Under the pieces are notes generated by a model that had not been told where the DNA came from, ran no database searches, and saw nothing but the letters and a program-made list of their open reading frames with translations. A DNA stretch of 64,000 nucleotides from the NCBI GenBank assembly GCA_951406725.2, contig OX597824.1, forward strand, positions 72,478,001 through 72,542,000, given 5' to 3'. This DNA comes from Octopus vulgaris. Lineage: Eukaryota. Numbering within the stretch: position 1 is the first letter of the stretch; each line of letters begins with the position of its first letter. This document shows positions 1-13,197 of the stretch, one piece after another. A program made the position numbers and the translations under genes.

Positions 1-2
1 AA

Positions 3-34
<32 letters not shown>

Positions 35-119
35 TCCTTTTGTTATCAACAGAGGTAGTAGCTCTCTGAACTTCTATCCTATATTTATTATAGAAACAAT
101 ACTTTCAGAGCATCCACTG

Positions 120-890
120 TCGCTATTAATTTGGTCCCCTAAGTAGCAGAAACTATCTAGTTCCTTGTGCTCTTAGTGCTTATTGTTCTTGCGCATCTGC
201 CACACACAAAAGCGACCTTATCTGTTTATCTACCTGCGATTTCACTGCATCTCTTCTACGTCCATAGGTTACACTTGGTGCAGCGAATAGAATTACTTTC
301 CACTCCCTTCCTACATATTGAGACAGCCATTTTCCTGACGGAAAGAGAGTTTTATCTGCTTTTTTTTTGTTAACAAGAACTTTAGTCTAAGTTAACTAAG
401 TGAACTTCAAGGCCCTTTGATTACGGGTTTTACTTCCAAACCCGGAACTTCTTCTCCAATTCTGCTTCAGATTCTGCATTAAGAGCGAGGTCATCAGCAT
501 ATAGCAGTTCCCATGGGCATCCAGTTTTGAATTCATCTGTTATGGCCTTGAGAACTATGATGAAAAGTGGACTAAAACTGACTTCTAGTATACTATAGTC
601 AGCACTGTATTCAAGGCCGACTCTCACCCTACTGACTGCACCTCCGTATATGACTTGTACGGCTCTAACAAGCTACTCCTTTACTCCAAGCTTCCTTAGA
701 GATCACCAGATAAGAGAGTGGGGAACCCTGTTGAAAGCTTTCTCCAGGTCGATGAAGGCTAAGTACAATGGTTTACTTTTAGCCAAATACTTTTCTTGCA
801 GCTGTCTCACTAGGAAGATGGCATCTGTGGCACTCTTCCCGAGAACCAAACTAAACTGCATCTCATCCATTATATGTATATATTATTCTT
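120..890 (-). mobile_element. Degenerate RTE-like LINE reverse transcriptase fragment
   Basis: Minus-strand frames give FIDLEKAFNRVP and GCPWELLYADDL (RT motifs), with frameshifts and stops. Confidence 0.75.
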
Positions 891-1081
891 ATACAAGATT
901 GTTGTTAATAATGAATTTGTACTCTACAAAGTACAGAGTAAAATTATGTTTATTATCACTGAACATAAAAACAAACATACACATACACACATACACACAA
1001 TTATACACATAAAAAAAATATGCACTTACACAAGCATACACTTGTATGCTCACAATGTCAACAATTGTAAGGTTCACCTAC

Positions 1082-1227
1082 CTCCATGGGGTACCGTTTT
1101 CCATTAAGCATATGTTCTGATCCCACGATATCGTTCATTCCCCAGTGGAAGTGAACCTGGTGCGCTATATACCTTCCATCTAATTCTCCACCAGAGACAA
1201 TACCCTCACTCTTCACTTCTATGGCCA
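1082..1227 (-). CDS. Alpha-carbonic anhydrase, coding exon 4 (gene continues past window start)
   Basis: ttttgcag acceptor and GAG|gtaggt donor; encodes VAIEVKSEGIVSGGELDGRYIAHQVHFHWGMNDIVGSEHMLNGKRYPME, with the Zn-binding HxH and GSEH motifs; phase matches exon 3. Confidence 0.93.
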
Positions 1228-2032
1228 CTGCAAAACAATAAGGTTTTGTAGAGGGACACGTTGTGATGTAATGTAGTAATGTATAGTGTATAAGAGGGTG
1301 CTGAAACATTTCTGGTTGGAGGCCCAGCTTTCCGAGTTCTTTTACAGAGCTTAGAAAAACTGAAGGACCACTGCAATAAATAAGAGGGGAATATGTTGAA
1401 AAAAAAAAAATTAACTGATCCTCCTGTATTTTCTTTTATCCAAGCCCAGGAACGGTTCAGCAACCCTTCGTATAAAGTGTATAAGAATTGCCGAAGTTGT
1501 TAGAGGTGTTGGAATGAATGCTTGGTCTGTTTGTTCCAGCTCTCTGCGCTCTGAGTTCAAATCCTACTGATTTGCTTTTCATTATTTCTATTTGGATTGT
1601 TAAATGAACCGCAATTTAGCACTGGGTTTGACTCTTAATCATCTCTGTCTTCTTCACTTTCTCTCTATCACACACACTCTCTGGAAGAAATGGGGTTGTG
1701 TTCAGGTCCAGTGTGAGGCGGAATGAGATGAATGGGCACTGCTCGCTGGGTATAGAAATCGTTTTGGTAACAGTACATTTTGGAACTGGAGGCAAGCACG
1801 CACATTCATACATAAATGCATGCGCAAGCAGAAATATGTGCATACTAATAGAATGAATGAGCAAGGTATATATGTATGTATATATATATATATATATTAT
1901 ATAGAGGGCATTCTTACACATAAATGCCTCACACTAAGAGGGACATAAGTCATTTCTACCAAAAATTTCACTAATCATACCTGATAATTTCTTGTTAAGA
2001 TTCCTTATTAAGAAGTTATCCTTAATTGTTAA

Positions 2033-2124
<92 letters not shown>

Positions 2125-2129
2125 TATTA

Positions 2130-2790
2130 AGTGGACACGATTGTTTTCATTCAAAGAATAGACCCAAAGTCTTCTCTGCGTGAAACCCTCACCAGCAACA
2201 TCTTGTACAGCCCCCCCCCCCACCACCACCATTCTCTTCCTCGGGAAGTACCTCAATTACCGATGTTACCTATAGGCACGTTGTATGAAGCGACTGAGGC
2301 AAAGCTGCCAAGACCTCCATCTGTCGAACGAAGAAAATCCTGGAGGACAGTCTGGGTTGGAGGATTGTCGCCTAAGTGGTACAAATGTTTCATCTACAAG
2401 GAGTAAGAGATCTAGGTTCAATCGGGGAGGCCTATACACGTGGGGCCCTGGAATGTTCTCCCTCTGAGTGATAATTCCGGTCTTCCTCTGATGTCTTTGC
2501 TAGTTGCTGTGTCGGCTCTATCTTAGATGCCTCGGCCACCGAAGGGCGACATATCAACCGGTAGTTACACCTACTACTGGCCTGGGTGCTTTGATGGATG
2601 GCATGCCGGTGGAGTAGTAGTCGAAGTGACTGACTGGCTGGTTCCAAAGGTATTAGGTGTAACACCTAGCAACGAGTGGCTGAGGATTCGACATTCTCTG
2701 GGTGTCATTTCCTTGGCTGGAGTGTATGCTCCGATTACTATGATTGGCAAATCGATGAGGGAGACATTCTCTTGGGTTGAGGAATAATTC
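2130..2790 (+). mobile_element. Degenerate LINE 5' region with AP-endonuclease N-terminal fragment
   Basis: YTYYWPG...GGVVVEV...RIRHSLGVISLAGVYAP resembles the RTE-type endonuclease; truncated by the adjacent mariner. Confidence 0.5.
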
Positions 2791-3760
2791 ATGAGTATTG
2801 TTTTCTAATTTAAAAATGCACGCAGAAATAAAACGCATTGGCAAAATATTTTATATTATTTAAAAGAGAATATGTTGGTCTACGAGATATTGTGCTTTGA
2901 TTTTTTAAATTCTATTGATTTTTGTGTATTTTCAGATCATTAAAATGGAATGTTAAGTAGACAAAACTGAGCATTTTAGACACCATTTGCTTTTCGCTTT
3001 TAATTGAGATGTTAAGGCCTCTGAAGCTACTCATGAGATTTGTGCTGTGCATGGAGAAGGAGCAATGACTCAAAGTACTCCCACCGTTGGTTTTCGCGCT
3101 TCAAAAATGGGAATTTTGACCTCAAGGATGGATCACACACCGGTCAACCAATTGAGTTCGATGAAGAGCAATTGAATCGACTTCTTAACGAAAATCCACA
3201 TCAAGCGTCCAAAGAAATAGCGGAGCAGATGGATTGTGATTAAATAAAAAAAAAACTGGTGAACCACCTTCACTCAATGGGCAAGGTTCAGAACTCGGCG
3301 CTTGGGTGCCACACACTTTGAGCGAAAATCGCCGCTAGTTTGCTCGCTCGTCATCGCTCAACACATTGGTCACAAACAACGGGGTTTTTTTTTACCACAG
3401 TGTCACTGGTGGTGAAAAAAGGTGCCTTTGCCTCAATATGAAGCAGTGAAAAAAAATGGCTCAACCCCGACAAACAAGCGACTCTGCGAGCAAAACAAAA
3501 CCTTCATCCTTGAAAGACAATTTTGTTTGTATGGTAGGACTGGGAAAGCATATTTCATTACAAACTGCTTGAGCGCAACCAAACACTCAATGTGTAGCTC
3601 CACATTCAACAAAGCAATTCAGTAAAAAAAGACCGAACAGGCAAAATGGCGTTCTTCTGCAACACGACAACATCCGTCCTCACATCGCAAATATGACCAA
3701 AGCTGCAATTCAAGAACTCAAACGGGAAGTGGTGCCTCACCCTCCATATTCTCCACACCC
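2790..3760 (+). mobile_element. Degenerate mariner transposon
   Basis: WFSRFKNGNFDLKD..TGQP HTH region, WVPH-like, HDN and HPPYSP motifs across broken frames. Confidence 0.85.
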
Positions 3761-4753
3761 GTGCAAGTATGGACCTCAGAGCTACAGTCTATATTGTATA
3801 TATTAGAAGCATTAGTACCGCTATTTCTATTTTCTACGTCACCATTAATATCATTATTCACATTGCAGGGCTTTAAGTTAGAGTTGACATTAACATTATT
3901 ATTATTACTACCTCTTGCTAATTTAATATTCTTTCTATTTAACTTTGCTATGATGGTACCTATATTGGGGAGAGTAGAGTATGAGATTCTAATGTTGAAA
4001 ATTGGTATACATACACAGTTTATCTATCCTGGTTATAATATCATTTTTAGTAATCTTAAATTTTATCTTCATACAACATAACAACATTGCTTATATACAA
4101 TCATCCATTGTACCCCATGATAATTTCCTCTGTATTAACATCATAGGTTTTATTAGCATTTTCCCCCTTTAACTCGTAATTAACATCTTGATTTAGGGTC
4201 TTTCCATACCCAGCCTCCTTTATAGACAATTACTTACATATTTCCTCAAATCCTGACCATATTTATGACCATACCCAACTATAAGCTGTCAACTCACTCT
4301 GTCATTCTATTCCAAACAGACACTGTCCTCTAGCCTTAGATTTGATAGTTGATAAAAAAGACTAATAAATTAAAAATGAATCACAAGCTATGACCCTAAC
4401 AAACTTCATACAGTCCTTAGAAATATAGTATATTTTAAGCTACAGTAGTAGCAACATGGACGTTTCCCCTCTTCTTACTCTATTAGAGAATTTAAGTAAA
4501 ATTATATTAATGTGTCCAACTAATTAAAAAATTCTATTTATTTATGCAGCTAAGGATAGCCCTGCATTTAAATTGATGGAATGATTGCATTGTTCAATTA
4601 AATACAGCCACTTGAAACGGTCGTACCACATCACCTCTTGATATCCTGTTGATTATTTTGATTTTATTCACCTTACTTTGAGTCGTACGGTCAATACCGC
4701 ACTGACTTGGTGCTTCAACTTAAGTACCTAATTCAACTGAATCTCAATTATTT

Positions 4754-4805
<52 letters not shown>

Positions 4806-4806
<1 letters not shown>

Positions 4807-6400
4807 TAGCAGAGATACCCGGCATTGCCCGTGTTACATGCAATTGAAGAATTACACTTTTCTGTTATATTTTCTGCAATGAACTGGAATACCTATGTTT
4901 CGAATTTCATCAAAATTGCAGATGAGGGTTATTTCCCTCTTTACACACCCTAAAAAAATTATAATCGTGCTACATGTATCCCATACTACTGATTTTTATG
5001 CGCAGATTCCAAAATTCCAGTCTTATAGAACCTGTTAAAAGGATTTTGCTCGTGAAAAATGGACGTCATGGAGATCTAAAATGTGAGAGTTAAGGCTCCT
5101 ATTGGGGGTGGGTATCTTATTGTGAACCAGAGAAGTTGAATTGTTGAGAATCTTTTTAACTTGGGTCTTATATCTATTGTTTGAATTTCTTTAAAATAGG
5201 AAATATATGTTCACTTGTAAAAGAGAGCAAAGCTACAGGAAACCAAAAGACAAATGATTACAATAAGCAGTTAGTTACCCTACCCTAATCGTTACTACTC
5301 CCAATGTAGGATTCCTCACCATCCAGGTGACAGGCACAGCCGTAAGGTGCATTATGAATCTATAGCAATTGGAAGGGCGTGACTCAACTGAAATAAACAT
5401 TAACAACTGTGTGACGTGAGGGCTAAGGAGAAATAAAAGTGTCACCTCTGGAGTTTGCAAATGACCACTATACCGATAGGTAACTGGACAGAATAAATTT
5501 ACAATCTATAAATATCTTTGAATAACTAGTCACTCATCTGGGGAGGCCTTGAAATCAATGTTATCATCTGGGGACTATGTGTGACCCAGTGATAATAAAA
5601 GGAGTGAAAGGAGGTCTGCAACCAAATAACTTTACTCAACACTTTGCAACTGAATCAGTGGAGGCAAAGATGCCTCTCATTTACTTGACAATTTATGCAC
5701 CACATTGCAGAAATCACAATGTAAGTATATGTCAAAGCAAACTCTTACACTGTTGTATCATTGAATTACAAATAATGCTCATCTTTTATGCTTGGGTGAC
5801 CCTACAGCTTCCAAGAGTACAACTGTATTCGTCTTTGCTTAGATAAAATGACTAAATTGTGGGCGTTAAGACCCTATGAAGGGGTCTTTCTAACTTGTAA
5901 AAAGATGAAATTTTATAAATATGATTTCATTTGTATCAAATATCTATGGTAAAATTTCATCAACAGCAAAAATATATGAATTGTCATGGGGGCTATGGCT
6001 CATATGCATAGAATATAATTTCCAAATTTTGTAAACATCCATTCAGTACTTTTGACCTAGTTTTGGATCATAAAAGAAATGACTAAAATTTAGGAGTTAG
6101 AATCCTCATGTGAAGTGGAAACTTTGAGAATACGTCTTGATGTGTGTCAGTTAACCATGGTTGAAATTTCAACATCGAAAATTTATGAATTTTCATGGGG
6201 GTTCTGCCCCCTATAAGCCATCTGAAATTCAAACCAAACATATTGCATTATACCCGCCCTTATGCATTGAATCTAAGTTTCAAATATCATAAGGATCCAT
6301 TCAGTAATTTTGGTCCATAAAATTGTATGAAACATACGGCATTACCCTTCTCTCTAGGCTTGGATTTTGTGTTCCAAATTTCATTATGATCGGTGAATAT
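4806..6400 (-). mobile_element. Non-autonomous Helitron-like element (extent approximate)
   Basis: Minus-strand 3' end cgggcaatgccgggtatctctgCTAG (hairpin + CTAG), shared with other copies in the window; internal sub-repeats. Confidence 0.5.
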
Positions 6401-6412
6401 GAGACACTGCCT

Positions 6413-6738
6413 AGTGCTTTTTTATTTTGATAAGCCTGGTACTTATTTTATCAGTTTCTTCTTATGAAACCAGTAAGTTATGGGGATGTAAATAAACAAA
6501 CAGCAATTGTGAAGCAGTGATGAGAGAGAAACACAAAGATTCACACATAGACTTACATATATACATACATATATATACGATTGATTTCTTTCAGTTTCTG
6601 TCTACAAAATCCACTGACAAGGCTTTGGTTGGTCTGAGGCTATAGCAGAAGATACATACCAAGTCACCACACAATGGGACCGAACCCAGGACCATGTGTT
6701 TTAGAATGAAGATTGTTACCACACAGCTACACCTGCAC
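6413..6738 (-). mobile_element. tRNA-derived SINE family A (diverged copy)
   Basis: Homologous to the copies at 17876 and 20958. Confidence 0.7.
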
Positions 6739-8431
6739 CTATGTATATGTGTACGTGTGTGTATGGGTGTATATATGTATATATATATATATGTGTGTGT
6801 GTCTGTGTGTGTGTACATATTACAAGTACATCTATATATATATATATATATATACATCTACACATATACATGTATACATATACATCTGTATCTATAGAAA
6901 TACATCTATACATATCCATCTATACAAATACATGTACACATATACATCTCTATACCACAATATAGACAGATACAGGTCAGTGAGCACATTAATATGCTAA
7001 GAACCTTAAACCAAACTTCCTAATTTTCCCTTTTTATCAATGTTCCCAGAACACCTCAGGACAGCAAAGATTAAATAAAGAGGCAACTTTCATTAAGAAG
7101 TATCAACCACAACTTAACGTGAACACTCAACTTAATACAGGGCACTACTAACCTTACTAATAACAATAATCCCACTGATCCTTATACGTCCCATATACCA
7201 TTCACATTCTAGTAATAATATCTACCTTAAATGCATCACTTTCAGAACTGCTTACCTCCCTTGCATGCAATGTTTTCACTCAGGTACTATTAGACCCAAC
7301 ACCGTTTCGAAATCGGTGTTGATTCAAAGTCAGTGATCAGCTCTGACGAAACCGGTATGACTTTCTATATTGACTCATAATAATGATCTTTATACTTCTT
7401 AATTCCACCTCAAATCATTTATTTGTATGTGTATATGTTTGTTTTTATTTTAACAAAAGCCAGTACTTTTATACCCAGAGTGCATTTTTGTGTTTCTTTT
7501 TACTTTTCCCTCTCTCTCTATCTCTCGCTTTCTTCCAAAAATTTAATGCCCTTAACTTGGATTTTTGGGGCTTACTAATTTTGAATAGTCTTGAGTGTAA
7601 CAGGCCGAAACTGTGTAATGATGATTGGAAGCTTGATTGAAAAATAGAAAGCCACGAATGTTCCGTCCTGGTTTTCCTGTCTGCCTTTGTATCGTCCATC
7701 TGTATATTTTTATTGTTGTCTTTTACGTTCTTGTTCCGATTTTTGGATTTATATATACATATAGCTGCGTACGTACACCTTTTGCTCAGCTTGTAAGTGT
7801 ATATCTAAATTCTGTACGACTTTCTTCTTCCTTTACTCTTTTCTTTTCCTCGCTCCCCCTCTCTCACATTTCTTGGCATTCTCTTTCTTTAATGTCTCTA
7901 CTTTCCTCTGTTATCTCCCTTGTACTTTTCCCTCTGTCCCTACTCCCCCCTCTCTCTCTCTCTCTCGTTTGCTCTCTAGTTCCTTCCCTAATACTTCACC
8001 CCCTCTGCTCCCTACCTCTCTCTGTTCCTCCCACGTGCTCCATGCTCGGCCTAGCATGATCTTTCTTGGCCTGACCGCCGCTCGCAGAACACATGTTTCA
8101 TCTATGTTTGTTGCCGTAAGGTTTCCACTTCACACGCCAGCTTAACTTAACTTCTTTTAGTCGAAACACACCTGTTGTTATTCTTGTTGTTTGTATTTGT
8201 AATCGTGTAACATTTTCTCCGTTTTCTCGTTTTTTTCATTTTGCTCGTGTTGTCGCTCGCTTTCTTCCAAAAATTTGATGTCCTCAGCTTAGATTTTTGA
8301 AGTCCAGCGCCAAAGCACCTAAACGTAGAGTTGTCGAAACAGGTTGTGTGTCCAGTTATCCGCACCACATCGTCCATGTCCAAGCAACTGCTCTCAGTGT
8401 TCTCATTCCTATACTTGCCCCCTTTTAAAGC

Positions 8432-8662
8432 CTAACCAGGCTCATGGGCCCGGTTTCCCGGTTTCAATGGCGTATGTGTTCCCCAGCTGGATGGGACGCC
8501 AGTCCATCGCAACGTTACTCATTTTTGCCAGCTGAGTGGACTGGAGCAACGTGAAATGAAGTGTTTTGCTCAAGAACACAACGCGTCGCCCGGTCCGGGA
8601 ATCGAAATCACAGTTTTACGATCATGATGCTGACACCTTAACCACTAAGCCACGTGCCTCCA
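8432..8662 (-). mobile_element. tRNA-derived SINE family C
   Basis: A box tggcttagtgg, B-box-like gatttcgattccc, CORE-like cttgagcaaaacac; related copies at about 9925-10160, 38335-38660 and 42820-43030. Confidence 0.75.
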
Positions 8663-9124
8663 CTCTCATTCCTATAGCAGTACTGGATATAGTAGTCATC
8701 ATATAGCACAGCAATTTCAGTTTAAGAATTTTTTTTTTAATGTTTTAGTGGCCCTATCGACACGTTCTTAATGAAAACAATCAGGAAAAGTCGCATGTAG
8801 TGTGTACATGTATAAAAGGCTGCTTATATTTCATTGGGAATATACGATGAAATATTTCCACCGTCGATAAAGGAACCTCAACACAGTCACATTAGAAACA
8901 GCAGAAAAATATTCCTCGAATCACCATGCGCTTAATAGAAATAGAAAAACTCATTGCATAATGAACAATGTAATGAGTTTTAGATAAACGAACAGAAGAG
9001 ATAGTCACAGATGGTCATCGGTCAGCTTGACTTGGATTCATCTGGGATTAAACAACTTCGTCATCATCAAAAACAGCGACAAAGACGACGACGACGACAA
9101 CAACAACGGCAGCAGCAACAACAG

Positions 9125-9493
9125 TGGAGGTGAAATGGCCTAGTGGTTAAGGCAGCGGACTCGCGGTTTCGATTCCCAGACCGGGCGTTGTGTGTGTTTA
9201 TTGAGCGAAAACACCTAAAGCTCCACGAGGCTCCGGCAGGGGGTGTTGGCGACCCCTGTTGTACTCTTTCGCTCCAACTTTCTCTCACTCTTTCTTCCTG
9301 TTTCTTGTACCCGACCTCCTACGCAGCCGCTGAGACTGGATGCGCATTCATCGATCCGTCGATGCTCTCGGTGTTGGGGGTTGACCGGCTTTCTCTTCTG
9401 CGTATTCTTACGAATAGCAAAGGACCACGTTTCGGACTTCTCCCACTACAGTGGCGCGATCTTGCGAGCTCTGGGACGAAGACCGCTTCGCTC
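9125..9493 (+). mobile_element. tRNA-headed element family D, flanked by (CAA/CAG)n
   Basis: A box tggcctagtgg, B-box-like gtttcgattccc; near-identical copies at 25915-26225 (-) and 30180-30545 (-). Confidence 0.8.
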
Positions 9494-9541
9494 AACAAAC
9501 AAACAAAGCAGCAACAACAACCACAACAACAACGATAGTAC

Positions 9542-9706
9542 CTGTATGTCCTATGTTCTTTAACGTTACATTGTGCATGATGTCAACGTATCCCTCAAAA
9601 AGCAAATCTTTGCTTTCCTTGTAGCTAGTCAATTTATGCTCAATGGCGACTGGAGATTGTAATTTACCACCACAGTCCGGATATTGTTTCACCCAATACT
9701 TGCTTT
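9542..9706 (-). CDS. Alpha-carbonic anhydrase, coding exon 3
   Basis: ttttctccag acceptor and G|gtacta donor; ESKYWVKQYPDCGGKLQSPVAI...LKNIGHT (W..YP.C.G..QSP and N.GHT alpha-CA motifs). Confidence 0.93.
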
Positions 9707-10238
9707 CTGGAGAAAAAAAAAAAAGAAAAGAAAAGAAGTCGTTAGCAAAATATAACGAACCATTTGTATTCTCTTCTCTCTCTCTACCTCTTTCTTTGTC
9801 TCTCTCTTTCTTTATCTCTCTCTCTTTCTCTCTCTCTCTCTTTCTCTCTCACTCTCCCTTGCGTGCACACACACAGACACACAGATACACACACACATAC
9901 ATATGTGTGTGTGTGTGAGTGTGTGTGAGGAAGCGATTAGTTTAATGATTAGGGGCGTCGCTACTCATGACCGTAAAATTGTGGTTTTGATTCCTGGGCC
10001 AGACAACTTATTATGTTCTTCAGAAAAACACTTCATTTCACATTACCCCAGTTCACTCAGCTACCAAAATGATCACTCACTCCTCTGATGGAACTGCGCT
10101 GTTCAAGTAGAGAATAAATACGCCACAGAACCCGGTTACCGGCCTTATGAGCCTATGACTCGAGAAGGATCTTTGTTCCTTTTGATATATATATATGGCA
10201 AATGAAAGACGGTAGATGGAATATACGAGAATTTATTA

Positions 10239-10345
10239 ATCACGACAATTATTTCGACACATCTAGTATCAATCCCTCATAGGTGCGAGTCTCAACAACT
10301 GGTTAAAGGAGCATCCGGCAGTGCATATGTATCTCATCGGGTGAT
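10239..10345 (-). ncRNA. Degenerate Penelope-type hammerhead ribozyme motif
   Basis: atcac-CCGATGA-gatacat...atgtgtc-GAAA-taattg-TC-gtgat; stems I and II pair, core has a U4>C change. Confidence 0.55.
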
Positions 10346-10742
10346 AAATAGACACAACTCGTTAAAATAACAGTTCTGCAACGTAATTTCTCATTTTGTA
10401 GAAAGAAAAGCAGCTAGACTGAACCCAGAACCATGTGGTTGGAAAGCAAGCTTCATACCACGCCTGCGCTTGCACAACCACACATGCGCCTCACATGTAT
10501 AAGGTTGTTATGACCTAGAGAGTGACCGTTGTTTCACACCTTTAAAGCGCTTAGCTGTATAGGCGACCCGTCAGACTCAGACGACCGCTGGCACATAACG
10601 TCTCTACAACTGGCGAGAGGAATATATCATGGTCAGTTAATTTTTAAACAAAACAATTCCAAGCGGGGTTATCTCCCTCAGATCTGTTCCAATTATGTCC
10701 ACGACAGGCCTGCCGGAGATGGCTGAAGATGACAGCATTTCC

Positions 10743-10997
10743 CTAGTTGGCAAATGGAGAATTCCATGTTTCCAATAAGAATTTTGTCTGATGAGGGTAC
10801 AGACATAATACCCCTTTTCTGGAGATTAAAAAGGTCCTCAGATCACGTGAGCTTTTCTGGCTTCTTGTTCTTTCGGCCAAGCAAAGCTTGTATCGTTTGT
10901 TACCTTTGAAGTACGGCCCAGGTTGTTCTAGGAGACTCCATTTAATCATGTATAGCGTGCCCTCCTCTTTTAAACGCCATACGTAGCTGGCCAGCAA
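10743..10997 (-). mobile_element. Penelope-like element C-terminal (GIY-YIG region) fragment
   Basis: LASYVWRLKE...IKWSLLE...PY...YKLCLAE resembles the PLE endonuclease C-terminus; hammerhead motif lies downstream on the same strand. Confidence 0.6.
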
Positions 10998-11649
10998 TGT
11001 TATGTTGCGCCTCTCTGGTATCCTAAAGGAGGACCTATGATTGCTAAGACAATGCTTGAACGGGCTGCCTGTAAGTTCGACATATTTCTATGACTGTACC
11101 CTTGTGCTGATAGTGTTACAGTTGCTGTTGATGCTTTCGTTATCGCTGCCGGACCCGTTGCTGGTGCTGCTGTTGCTGTTGTTGGTGCTGCTGCTGCTAC
11201 CGGCATCGCTGCTGTTGTTGCTGGACGCGATGCTGCTGTCCCAGTTGCTGCCAAACACTGCCGCTTCAATCATTAGTGCCGGTCTCTACCACAGTCCCAT
11301 ACACTACAGTAGGGAGTCAAATTGTATCGACCCTTACTGGGTACACATTGTTAATTCTGCATGGACACCCTGCTTCCGCGCATGGCTTAGGGATGCTCAC
11401 TAATATTTTTTAACGTTGGGTGCACAACTGAAAGAGACTTAAGTTGTGTCTATTAAACAAAACTCCCATATCTATGTGTGAAGTGTTTGACCGCATCTCC
11501 AATATCCAGGGTCCTAACACCCACAAAAGGAAGCGCCACCACGACTCACTTTGCTAATAAAATTCTAAGGCGCTTATATACTACGATTGTTTTATCCGTG
11601 ATCGTTAAAATCAAACATATATACTTTTATTAACACACTCAAGAATATT

Positions 11650-11709
<60 letters not shown>

Positions 11710-11879
11710 TTTGTGTGCTGCTGTCAATAACACACACGTTAACATACACTTGCATACATGCCTTCGCACACATATACACAAACATACAAATACTCGCACA
11801 GAAAGGATTTGGCATCGACCAGAAAGTTGTGATTGGACAACAGTCACTAGAGTCAGTAACAGTAAAATATTCCACTTAC

Positions 11880-11897
11880 CGTTGTGATAGTCCCATG
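11880..11897 (-). CDS. Alpha-carbonic anhydrase, 18-nt microexon (exon 2)
   Basis: tttttacag|catgggactatcacaacg|gtaagt; phase 1-1; encodes AWDYHN, the conserved N-terminal WxY motif. Confidence 0.85.
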
Positions 11898-12222
11898 CTG
11901 TAAAAAAGTAAAACATAAATATTAACTTTCAATGCTTTTGAATCTATGACCTTACGAAAACAACATGGTAAGACTAATAGCTAAATAATTACAATCATAT
12001 GAATCCGCCTAGTTAAGTTGTGTCTATTAAACAAACTCCCATATCTATGTGTGAAGTGTTTGACCGCATCTCCAATATCCAGGGTCCTAACACCCACAAA
12101 AGGAAGCGCCACCACGACTCACTTTGCTAATAAAATTCTAAGGCGCTTATATACTACGATTGTTTTATCCGTGATCGTTAAAATCAAACATATATACTTT
12201 TATTAACACACTCAAGAATATT

Positions 12223-12277
<55 letters not shown>

Positions 12278-12673
12278 GTTGAGCATGTCCCTTAGTGGCT
12301 GACGATATGTGCATCTCTGATCACGAGCAGAAGTAGTGGGGGAGCATCATAGCCATGTGTTGAGAGGGATTCTTTGGGGTTTGAATAGTTCACCTCTGGA
12401 AACATGGGTGGTTCTTTCAACATCCTTAAACAACCCTTATTCAGGGACCGTTTGAGCGGGATGGGCTACTCAACCTGAAGAAAATTCTAACTGGGCCCCA
12501 CCTGCAAGGTCATGTGCTGTTTATCTTGATATGAGATCACCATGTCGCGCACATATGGTTGTGATGCATGTGCCTGGTGTACCTTTATCAGACGGGTAGT
12601 CATGATGGGTATATTGGGCTTCGTATATTTTACCCCAGTGTCACTTTGATGACATGAACTGCTCTCTCACTCA
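12278..12673 (+). mobile_element. About 400-bp retroposon-like insertion in a (TAA)n tract
   Basis: Absent from the paralogous duplicate; a 5'-truncated copy at about 14378-14535 also ends ctctctcactc(aat)n. Confidence 0.8.
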
Positions 12674-13197
12674 ATAATAATAATAATAATAATAATAATG
12701 TTTGTGTGCTGCTGTCAATAACACACACGTTAACATACACATGCATACATGCCTTCGCACACATACACACAAACATACAAATACTCGCACAGACACTCGT
12801 ACACATATACGCATACATTTATTTATTAATAATTCTAATAAGGACAACAAACAGTAACTGAACATGTAACCCGAACGTTAAAAAAAGGGCGACATTGACT
12901 TAGAAGCAGCTATTCTGAAAAAGTAAAGCATAATTCAAATATAGTTATAGAACCAATCACACGTAGAAAAATGAAGGAGAATAATCTGGCCTTTAATTTA
13001 CAAGATCTACTCCATAATTAAGCTTCTCTAAGCTTTTACCGAAAATTTATTTCCAACTGACAAGCATCGCATAATTATCATAACTCGCTTTACAACAACA
13101 AAAAAGGAGAGGCAGATTCTCGTAACCAACCAAGAGCAATTCTGCACAAACATTTACTTACTTTACTAGTTTCCCCAAATTAAAACCCCATGTTTTT

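Larger units (their letters stand above)
11440..12797. repeat. Local direct duplication (about 11440-11802 and 12013-12797)
   Basis: Near-identical blocks starting taagttgtgtctattaaacaaac; the second copy is interrupted in its (TAA)n tract. Confidence 0.9.

Noticed and set aside
7500-8390. Hammerheads in two related repeats (about 7520-7750 and 8250-8390)
   Set aside because: GAAAC is present but the CUGANGA box and stems are too degenerate to support
11000-11403. Ala/Thr-rich or Leu-rich membrane protein ORFs
   Set aside because: Derived from a degenerate (CTG/TTG)n tract; no splice or homology support
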